A DNA stretch of 64,000 nt from contig CBDCWI010000002.1 of NCBI GenBank assembly GCA_965223325.1, positions 1,696,001 to 1,760,000 of the forward strand, given 5' to 3'. The translations under genes and the position numbers were made by a program. This DNA comes from Candidatus Multivoradales bacterium. GTDB taxonomy: Bacteria > Acidobacteriota > Thermoanaerobaculia > Multivoradales > Multivoraceae. Below, piece after piece: positions 56,602 to 64,000 of this stretch (the stretch's first letter is position 1; every line of letters starts with the position of its first letter). The notes under the pieces are model-generated. The model saw only the letters and a program-made list of their open reading frames with translations. It did no database searches and was not told where the DNA came from.

Positions 56602-57342
56602 TCAGACGAGCGCCTGGTAGGCACCACCATCGATGAGCAGGCTGGTGCCGGTGATGAAACGCGCCGGCTCGCTGCACAGAAACGCCACCGCTTTGCCGAA
56701 GTCATCGGCGGAGCCGATCTCGGGCGCCGGTACGCGCTTGGCCAGGTCTTCCACGCTGCCGAGACCCTTGATGCGGTCGGTGGCGTGCAGCCCGGGCTGA
56801 ACGGCGTTTACGGTGACGCCATCTGGCGCGACCTCGGTGGCCAACATCTTGAGAAAACTCGACACCCCCGCGCGGGCAACTGAACTGGCCGCCAGGAAAC
56901 CAATCGGTTGGCGAGCGCCCGAGGAGGTCACTGCCGCGATTCGCCCCCACCTCCGCTCACGCATGCCCGGTAGGGCCGCCTGGCACATGGCAATCGTCGA
57001 CAGGAGGTTGAGATCGAGCGCCGCCTGGTAGGCCGACCTGTCGGTCTCACTGGGCGACCCCGGCGGCGGACCGCCAGCATTGGCAACCAGGATGTCGAGC
57101 GACCCGAGTTCCGAGATCGCCGCCTCGACGAATCCCCGGGCGCCATCCTCGGTGGAGACGTCGGCCACCAGCGGCACGATGTTCTCACCGAGGGACTCTC
57201 GAGCAGCGCGAATGCGCTCGCCGTCGCGACCACAGATCGCAACGCGGGCGCCTTCTTCCAGCAACGCCTTGGCACAACCGAAACCGAGCCCCGTCGACGA
57301 GGCCGCTACCGCCGCCGTCTTACCCTTGATTCCAAGATCCAT
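56602..57342 (-). CDS. SDR family oxidoreductase
   Basis: AASSTGLG, NAGGPP, NAVQPG, DGG. Confidence 0.88.
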   Translation of the reverse strand: MDLGIKGKTAAVAASSTGLGFGCAKALLEEGARVAICGRDGERIRAARESLGENIVPLVADVSTEDGARGFVEAAISELGSLDILVANAGGPPPGSPSETDRSAYQAALDLNLLSTIAMCQAALPGMRERRWGRIAAVTSSGARQPIGFLAASSVARAGVSSFLKMLATEVAPDGVTVNAVQPGLHATDRIKGLGSVEDLAKRVPAPEIGSADDFGKAVAFLCSEPARFITGTSLLIDGGAYQALV

Positions 57343-57459
57343 GTCGAGCTCCTCGGTTGTGCCTGCTGCAGTGAGTGGGCGCCATCATGCCAGACAGCGA
57401 GACCTCACGTACCATGACCGCCAGCACCCGCGCCGCAGCAACACGAGGAGAAGAGTGAA

Positions 57460-58509
57460 ATGAAAGCCGTGGTTTTCGAAGGCCATCAGAAGATGCAGTA
57501 CAGCAACGTGCCAGACGCCGAGCTCGAGCAGCCAACAGACGTTCTCCTGCGCGTTCAGCGGACAGCGATCTGTGGCTCGGACCTGCATCTCTGGCACCAG
57601 AGAGAGCCGCAGGCGGTTGGTTTCACGGTCGGGCACGAGTTCCTGGGTGTCATCGAAGACACCGGCCCCGAGGTGCAACGCTTCAAGAAGGGCGATCGAG
57701 TGTTCGTCGCCTGCACCATCGGCTGCGGCGGCTGCCCCTCCTGCCGACGCGGTGTGATGAGTGGCTGCCCGGTCACCACCGCCGGTGGCACGCAAACCAA
57801 CGTCTTTGGCTTCGGAGGCTTCGGTGGCGGACAGGCCGAGGCGGTGCGGGTGCCCTTCGCCGACACCAACTGCTTCCCACTGCCGTCACACCTCTCCGAC
57901 GACCAATGCCTGTTCCTCACCGACATCCTGCCAACGGGTTTTCTCGGTACTGAAATCGCCGAGATCGGCCCTGGCGATCGTGTCGTGGTTTTCGGTTGCG
58001 GACCCGTCGGGACGTTCGCGCAACGCTGTGCGCAGCTTCGCGGTGCTGCCTGCGTCATCGCCGTCGACCTCGACGCGCACCGCCTCGAGCTCGCGGCAAA
58101 GCGCGGCTCTCTAACCATCAACGCGGCCACCGAGAACGTCGAGGAACGGGTACTCGAGCTCACCGACGGCCTGGGTGCCGACTCCTCCATCGAGGCAGTG
58201 GGAGTGCCCGAGCTCATCAACCAGGCAGCGCGGGTCACGCGTCCGGGCGGCCGGGTGGCGGTGATCGGCGTTGTGATGGCTCCCTGGCAGATCGAATGGC
58301 CCTCGTTCTTTGGCAAGAACCTGCATCTCGGAACCGGGCTGGTCAGCCCGCAGACCAGCATTCATCAGCTCTTGCCGCTGATCGAGCAGGGGCGCCTGGA
58401 TCCCAGCGAGATCATTTCGCATCGCTACCCGCTAGCAGAAGCCAGCGAGGCCTACGACCTGTTTGCCAGCCGCCGCGACCAGGTCCTCAAGGTCGTCCTC
58501 GAGCCGTAG
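57460..58509 (+). CDS. Zn-dependent alcohol/formaldehyde dehydrogenase-like protein
   Basis: ICGSDLH, GHE, CGGCPSC...C, GGQAE.VRVP.AD, DILPTG, GCGPVG. Confidence 0.9.
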   Translation: MKAVVFEGHQKMQYSNVPDAELEQPTDVLLRVQRTAICGSDLHLWHQREPQAVGFTVGHEFLGVIEDTGPEVQRFKKGDRVFVACTIGCGGCPSCRRGVMSGCPVTTAGGTQTNVFGFGGFGGGQAEAVRVPFADTNCFPLPSHLSDDQCLFLTDILPTGFLGTEIAEIGPGDRVVVFGCGPVGTFAQRCAQLRGAACVIAVDLDAHRLELAAKRGSLTINAATENVEERVLELTDGLGADSSIEAVGVPELINQAARVTRPGGRVAVIGVVMAPWQIEWPSFFGKNLHLGTGLVSPQTSIHQLLPLIEQGRLDPSEIISHRYPLAEASEAYDLFASRRDQVLKVVLEP

Positions 58510-58591
58510 ATCTTCCGGTTCGCAGACTCCTGACGTAGGACCCCTGAGAGGACCCTCTCAACATCGCTGGGGAGCCGGGAAGGGGCTTTGG

Positions 58592-58906
58592 GTGAACGAA
58601 ATCTTCGATCGCTTTGACGAGGTCGACGAGGTCCTGGCCCGGATCGTGCGCCTACCGCGCGGCGAGCGCGCCGCCGCCGTCGACTCCGCCTGTGGAGGCG
58701 ATCCGGAACTCCACGAGCTCGTCATGCGAGTCGTCGGCGAAGCCAAGAACCTTGACCATCCAAGCACCGACGACTTGCGCTACCAGACCTACGAAGCGTT
58801 TGGGGGCCGCGTGCTCCGCGCCTTGCTCCAGGCTTCGTTGGTCACCATCGTCGAACTGCGCCAGGAACTCGACGACCTGATGAACCGGCGAGCAGACCCA
58901 CCCTGA
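58592..58906 (+). CDS. Small protein resembling the N-terminal module of ECF-associated Ser/Thr kinases
   Basis: FDEVDEVLARIVRLPRGERAAAVDSACGGDPELHELV; GTG start inferred. Confidence 0.6.
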   Translation: MNEIFDRFDEVDEVLARIVRLPRGERAAAVDSACGGDPELHELVMRVVGEAKNLDHPSTDDLRYQTYEAFGGRVLRALLQASLVTIVELRQELDDLMNRRADPP

Positions 58907-58993
58907 AGCGGGAATCTCGCAAAGCTCGTGTATTACCAGTGCTAAAGTCGTCCAACGGAAGCCAGCCAGCGCCGAACAGCCAGAGGAGTCAAC

Positions 58994-59581
58994 GTGGAAC
59001 AACCCGCGCTCGAGGCCGCACAGCCTCGCGACCCCGGTACCGCGAAGATCGGCAGAGAACGCCAGGCGCTCGACGAGCTCTTCGATGACCTCTACGTCGA
59101 CCTGAAGAAGGTGGCACGCGCCCAGCTCCGGCGCTGGCGACCGGGGCAGTCGATGAACACGACCGCGCTGGTCCATGAGGCGTGGTTCAAGTTCGAGCGC
59201 CAGAAGAGCCTCCAGGCCAGCGACCTCGAGCACTTCTACGCCATCGCGGCACGCGCCATGCGGCAAGTGCTGGTCGATTTCGCGCGCAAGCGAACGCGAC
59301 TCAAACGAGGAGCCAACGAGGAGCCGGTGGCCATCGAGTCGGGCCACCTTGAAGATCCACTCGACTTCGAGCAGGTCATCGTTATTGATCAGGCGCTACA
59401 TAAGCTCGAACAGCATTCGGAGCGTCTGGCGCGGGTGGTCGAGCTGCGCTTCCTGGTTGGCCTGACGGAGAAGGAAATCGCCCAGCTGTCCGGAGTCACC
59501 ACCCGCACGGTGCGCAACGAATGGGCCCGCGCCCGCGTCTGGCTGCGCGAGGCGATGAAGGCGGCTCCGCAGGCGCCCTAG
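58994..59581 (+). CDS. ECF sigma factor (TIGR02999-like)
   Basis: TTALVHEAW, ARAMRQVLVDFAR, ARVVELRF, RTVRNEWARARVWL. Confidence 0.9.
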   Translation: MEQPALEAAQPRDPGTAKIGRERQALDELFDDLYVDLKKVARAQLRRWRPGQSMNTTALVHEAWFKFERQKSLQASDLEHFYAIAARAMRQVLVDFARKRTRLKRGANEEPVAIESGHLEDPLDFEQVIVIDQALHKLEQHSERLARVVELRFLVGLTEKEIAQLSGVTTRTVRNEWARARVWLREAMKAAPQAP

Positions 59582-60735
59582 CGCAGGCCGGTGAGCTGGC
59601 GCGAGATGACCATGCGCTGGATCTCGCTGGTGCCTTCGTAGATCTCAGTGATCTTGGCGTCTCGGTAGTAGCGCTCGAGCGGCAGCTCTTTGCTGTAGCC
59701 GACGCCGCCGTGAATCTGTACCGCCTGGTTGGCGACCCAGGTGGCGTTTTCGCTGGCGAAGAGTTTGGCCATCGAAGCCTGCAGAGTGAAGTTCTCGCCG
59801 CTCTCGTAGGACCGATCCTTGGCGAGAGCCGCATGGTAGGTGAGCAAACGCGCGGCCTCGGTGCGCGTTTGCATATCGGCGAGCTTTTGCTGAATCATCT
59901 GAAACTCGCCGATCTTCTGGCCAAAGGCCTCGCGCTCACGCGCATAGGAGATCGAGGCATCGAGAGCAGCTTGCGCAATGCCGACAGCTTGAGCGGCGAT
60001 GCCGACGCGCCCAGCGTCGAGCGTTACCATGGCGATCTTGAAGCCTTCTCCTTCTTCACCGAGGCGGTTCTCCACCGGGCAGCGATAGTCGTCGAAGTGG
60101 ATCTCGGATGTCGCACTGGCGCGGATCCCGAGCTTGGGTTCCTTCTTGCCAAGGGAGAAACCGGGCTCCTTGGTATCGATCAGGAACGCGGTGACACCGC
60201 GGTGCTTTTTCTCGGGCTGCGTCAACGTGTAGAGCACCACGAAATCGGCATAGGGAGCGTTCGATACCCACGACTTCTGCCCGTTGATCACGTAGACGTC
60301 GCCGTCGCGCACGGCACGACTCTTCATGGTGCCCGCATCGCTGCCGCTCATCGGCTCGGTGAGCGAGAACGCCCCGATCTTCTCGCCAGCAGCGACTGGC
60401 TTGAGGAACTTCGCTTTCTGTTCGTCGTTCCCGAACTTGTAGACCGGGATGTTGTAGAGCGAATTGTTGACGGCCATGATCGTGCCGTGCGCCGCGTCGG
60501 CGCGCGAGATCTCCTCGAGCACCAGCGCATAGGCCAGTGAGTCCATACCCGAACCCCCCAGCTCGGGCGGCATGTCGATACCCATGAAACCCTGTTCGCC
60601 CATCTGGCGAACGGTGTCGATCGGGAAGTCGCCGCTCTCGTCGAACGCGGCGGCAATCGGCACGATGTGCTGCTGGGCAAAGTCGCGTGCCGTGTTGCGG
60701 ATCATCTCGTGCTGCTTGGTAACGAAGGGGTACAC
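59578..60735 (-). CDS. Acyl-CoA dehydrogenase
   Basis: FSLTEP.SGSD, NGQKSW, KLGIRAS, QIHGG.GY, IYEGTSEIQR. Confidence 0.94.
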   Translation of the reverse strand: MYPFVTKQHEMIRNTARDFAQQHIVPIAAAFDESGDFPIDTVRQMGEQGFMGIDMPPELGGSGMDSLAYALVLEEISRADAAHGTIMAVNNSLYNIPVYKFGNDEQKAKFLKPVAAGEKIGAFSLTEPMSGSDAGTMKSRAVRDGDVYVINGQKSWVSNAPYADFVVLYTLTQPEKKHRGVTAFLIDTKEPGFSLGKKEPKLGIRASATSEIHFDDYRCPVENRLGEEGEGFKIAMVTLDAGRVGIAAQAVGIAQAALDASISYAREREAFGQKIGEFQMIQQKLADMQTRTEAARLLTYHAALAKDRSYESGENFTLQASMAKLFASENATWVANQAVQIHGGVGYSKELPLERYYRDAKITEIYEGTSEIQRMVISRQLTGLR

Positions 60736-60863
60736 AAAAACTCCTCACGGCGGGCGATCTGCCATGCCAACGTTGCTTCTCTCTCGAGGGAGCGGGCAGT
60801 ATATCGACCGATCGGCCGACTCCCCTCCTCTAGGAAACTCTTTGGACGAAACCGCTTCGGCCG

Positions 60864-61751
60864 TCAAAGCTCGATACAGGTCGCGCAGCAGTCGGCGGCG
60901 GCCGCCAACTCCCGGTCCTCGGCACACTGGTACTGCGGCTGGTCGGTGCGCTCGACCCGGTCGTCGGACTGCATGACAGAGTCTTTCCAGCTGTCATCGG
61001 CTGCCCAGACGTGCGGTAGATAAACCACCTCGCCAGGCCGCTCCAGGGTAGCGAGAGCCTCGAGCGCCCGCCGCGTGATGTCGAGCTGCTCGCCGGGCGC
61101 GTCTCGCCGGCCGGCCGTGTGACCGAGCGGATAGTCGAGGAATACGGCGCGCGGTGTACCGACGCTCTCGGTGATCGAAAGCGCCGACGAAAGGGCGACC
61201 GTCGGAATCCCAGATGCTTCGAGCTCACGTGCAATCAGCCCCACGGACTGATGACAAACCGGTCACACGGGGACCAGAAGAGCAACGTCGACTTCGTCGT
61301 CGTGCAGCCTCCTGGTGATCTCCGGGGCAAGCCTTTCCCGCACGCGGCGGGCCGAGTAGATCCCACCCATGAAGGTGTAGGCGCGAGCTGCGAGTTCGCC
61401 AATGAATCCCCCGTCGACGAGGCGACGTAAGGGGTCGAGCGGGAACACGACGTTGGGATCGGCCATCGCATCTTCGGTGTCGTAGGCGAAGTGTGCGATG
61501 CGCAGATCAGCGACTGGCGTCGCCGTGTCGACGATGCGGGCGCTTGCGTCGTCCCGGTAGTGAAAGGCGCGCTGGCCAGCAACATAGATCCCACCCGATG
61601 CGACCAGGCCCACTCTGCATTCGGACAGCGGCTTGGCAGGTACTTCGAACGGTGGCGCGCCCGGGTTGTAAACCCAACGGTACTCGGGAAACCCTTCGGC
61701 TGAATAGAGGGCCCGGGTGCGAGCGATGTAGTCGACGGGCGGGCGAGACAT
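60864..61751 (-). CDS. Selenoprotein of the glycine/betaine/D-proline reductase selenoprotein B-like family (UGA = Sec)
   Basis: ORFs 61263-61751 and 60864-61244 are in frame; the junction reads LLVPV-TGA-PVCHQSVGLIAR (UxxC); hairpin directly downstream. Confidence 0.88.
61230..61256 (-). promoter_or_regulatory. Bacterial SECIS-like hairpin
   Basis: AUCAGUCC-GUG-GGGCUGAU; the apical loop starts with GU, 18 nt after the UGA. Confidence 0.75.
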
Positions 61752-61894
61752 AATAATCTCATTCTAGCCCTCTGTCCCGACCAAAGAAGGCCTCACCCGA
61801 AGGAGCACGTGTCTCGGTGCGATTCTCGGTGGTGTAGACCCCTGGGTCGATAGAATCTCCAGCAGACCTGTCTTGGGTTCTTCTGCCCGCCTGG

Positions 61895-63832
61895 TTGCCG
61901 CTGCCCTCCAGCTCTTCACTGCACAGCTCTTCACTGCCCGACCCAGCGCACCCTCTCCGACGAAAGCACGCCTTGTTCGAAGACGTTCCAGAAATCACGA
62001 GTCGCTATGACTCGTTCGAGAAGATGGCCGAAGGTGGCATGGGCACCATCTACCGTGCCCGTCACACGCATCTCGACGAACTGAGAGTCATCAAGACGGT
62101 CAAGCGCGACCTGCGACGCGGTGACTCGATGATGCGCTTCAAGCGCGAAGCGCAGATTGCCGCCAAGCTGCGCCACCCGAACATCGCGTCAGTGTACGAC
62201 TTCGTCGTCGACGACGAGGGGCGGGCGTTCCTGATCATGGAGTACATCGATGGCATGAACCTCTTCGAGTACTACGAAGAGGGCTTTCGACTTTCACCCA
62301 AACAGCTCGGCGTAGCCGCAGATCAGATCCTCGACGCGCTCGACTACCTGCACTCGCAGAACTTCATTCATCGCGACCTGTCGCTCGACAACGTGATGCT
62401 CACCCGAGGGCCGCGCGGCGAGAGTGTCTACAAGATCATCGACCTCGGTCTGGCGAAGTCGCTAGACCACGTCGACTTCAGCACCCAGACCGGAATCGCC
62501 CTCGGCAAGGTGAGCTACATCTCACCCGAGGAGCTCACCCACGGATCAGGGTCGGACCACATCGACCACCGCTCCGACCTCTACTCGTTCGGCGTCGTGC
62601 TCTACCACCTGATCACCGGCGAACTGCCAATCACTGGCACCGACCAGGCGTCGCTGATTGCCGGCCATCTCTACCGTCCCCCCAAGAGCTTCGAGCTCAC
62701 CGACCCGGGCGGCAAGATCTCACGTGGCTTGCGAGGCGTCCTGCTCAAGGTGCTCGAGAAGGATCCGCGCGACCGCTGGAAGAGCGCTCGCGAACTGCGC
62801 GATGCCCTGGCCCAGCACCTCGAAATGAGTGGCGCCGCCCCCGCCTCGGAGATTCTCAACGAGACCACCGCCCTTCCCAGCCGTCGCAAGACCGAGCCAG
62901 GCGGCACCGTGGCAACCCTACGCACCTGGCTCGACTCGACTCCCAGAAGGATCGCCCTGGTGGTCGCCACCATCGGCCTGGCGGCCGCACTGACGTTCGC
63001 TGCAGCCAAACTGAGGACCCCCACGGACGAAAGCGCGGCCGTTGCCGACAACCCAACCAACGTACAAAAGCCCGAAGGCCCCGGCGTCTTCTTCGGCAAC
63101 TACCACGCACTGGTCATCGGCAACAACCAGTACGAGAAGCTCCGCGATCTCGAAACCGCTGTGCGTGACGCGCAGGAAGTCGAGCTGTTGCTGCGACAGA
63201 AGTACGGCTTCAAGGTCACCCTGCTCGAGAACGCCACCCGCCAAGACATTACCGACGCCTTCTTCGAGCTCGAACAAACGCTGACGCCGCGCGACAACCT
63301 CCTGGTCTACTACGCCGGGCACGGTCACCTCACCCAGCGAGAACAGCAGTGGTGGCAGCCAGTCGACGCCGAACCCAACGACAACACACAGTGGATATCA
63401 ACCCGCCACGAGGTGACTGGCTTCGTCGATCACGTGCCCGCCCGCCACGTCCTGGTGGTAGCGGACTCGTGTTACGCCGGTTCTGACAACCAGCTCCCGC
63501 CGGTCGACGAGCCGATCGATGTTCTAGCGAGTCGCAAGTCACGCCTCCTGATGACCTCCGGGTCGCTCGAGCCGGTTCCCGACAGCGGCGGCGGCGGCCA
63601 TTCGGTGTTTGCCAGGGTTCTTCTCGACCTGCTGCGAGACACCCAGAAGCCGACCGCCGCAACCGAGTTCTTCGCAACCATCGAAAAGGAATTGCCACGG
63701 CTGGCAAAGCGAACCGGCGTCGACCAGACACCGACTTTCTCGCCGATCTCAGGAACCTCAGATCAGGGCGGCATGTTCTTCTTCGTTCCCCAACCGGTCG
63801 ACGACCCGCCCGCCATCAGCTCGGGACCCTGA
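61895..63832 (+). CDS. Ser/Thr kinase, TM and caspase-like (peptidase C14) fusion
   Basis: EGGMG, HRDLSLDN, DLG, YISPE; TM; ALVIGNNQY, YYAGHG, ADSCYAG; start uncertain. Confidence 0.88.
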   Translation: MPLPSSSSLHSSSLPDPAHPLRRKHALFEDVPEITSRYDSFEKMAEGGMGTIYRARHTHLDELRVIKTVKRDLRRGDSMMRFKREAQIAAKLRHPNIASVYDFVVDDEGRAFLIMEYIDGMNLFEYYEEGFRLSPKQLGVAADQILDALDYLHSQNFIHRDLSLDNVMLTRGPRGESVYKIIDLGLAKSLDHVDFSTQTGIALGKVSYISPEELTHGSGSDHIDHRSDLYSFGVVLYHLITGELPITGTDQASLIAGHLYRPPKSFELTDPGGKISRGLRGVLLKVLEKDPRDRWKSARELRDALAQHLEMSGAAPASEILNETTALPSRRKTEPGGTVATLRTWLDSTPRRIALVVATIGLAAALTFAAAKLRTPTDESAAVADNPTNVQKPEGPGVFFGNYHALVIGNNQYEKLRDLETAVRDAQEVELLLRQKYGFKVTLLENATRQDITDAFFELEQTLTPRDNLLVYYAGHGHLTQREQQWWQPVDAEPNDNTQWISTRHEVTGFVDHVPARHVLVVADSCYAGSDNQLPPVDEPIDVLASRKSRLLMTSGSLEPVPDSGGGGHSVFARVLLDLLRDTQKPTAATEFFATIEKELPRLAKRTGVDQTPTFSPISGTSDQGGMFFFVPQPVDDPPAISSGP

Positions 63833-63835
63833 GGG

Positions 63836-64000
63836 TTGCTCCTGTCCTCGCGCCAACGGCGAGGGATGGTCCTCTTCGCGACTGCTCTAGCGGTCTACGG
63901 TTGCGCTTCACCCGGTGCGCGACTCGACCGCCAGGCGGCCCAGAAGGGCCTCGCCGTGCTCACTCTTGACGGTGGCACCCATCGACTTCGGGCCTACGCC
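63836..64000 (+). CDS. Lipoprotein, partial (possibly an alpha/beta hydrolase)
   Basis: Open frame to the window end; lipobox AVYGC; start TTG 63836 or ATG 63866. Confidence 0.55.
   Translation, partial: MLLSSRQRRGMVLFATALAVYGCASPGARLDRQAAQKGLAVLTLDGGTHRLRAYA

Overview
A GC-rich bacterial chromosomal segment of about 55 genes. The gene content suggests Acidobacteriota, possibly Thermoanaerobaculia-like (inference from an ADOP permease remnant, TPR Ser/Thr kinases, an ECF sigma and a 'KVLDGCxxN..WVF' C-terminal domain). Most genes are metabolic or housekeeping (pruA, pheA, lhgO, glnS, gltX, mpg, a cis-prenyltransferase, several dehydrogenases). The main points of interest are: (1) a complete group II intron (19334-21243) inserted at a precisely definable site in the first copy of a ~200-bp tandem repeat, with EBS1/IBS1 pairing visible, two empty target copies beside it and a non-canonical GATACG 5' end; (2) a hidden selenoprotein (60864-61751, minus strand, UxxC motif, SECIS-like hairpin) that the ORF track splits in two; (3) three paralogous secreted heme-c/PHM-like copper monooxygenase fusions with all metal ligands intact; (4) three unrelated tandem-duplication loci, each at a convergent gene junction and with a C/A strand skew; (5) a kinase-TM-caspase fusion; (6) a stand-alone kinase N-terminal module before an ECF sigma factor; (7) a predicted OmpR-type box defining a Cpx-like regulon; (8) a probable CTG start codon. 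No rRNA, tRNA or CRISPR array was seen. All calls come from reading motifs by eye; no database searches were run.
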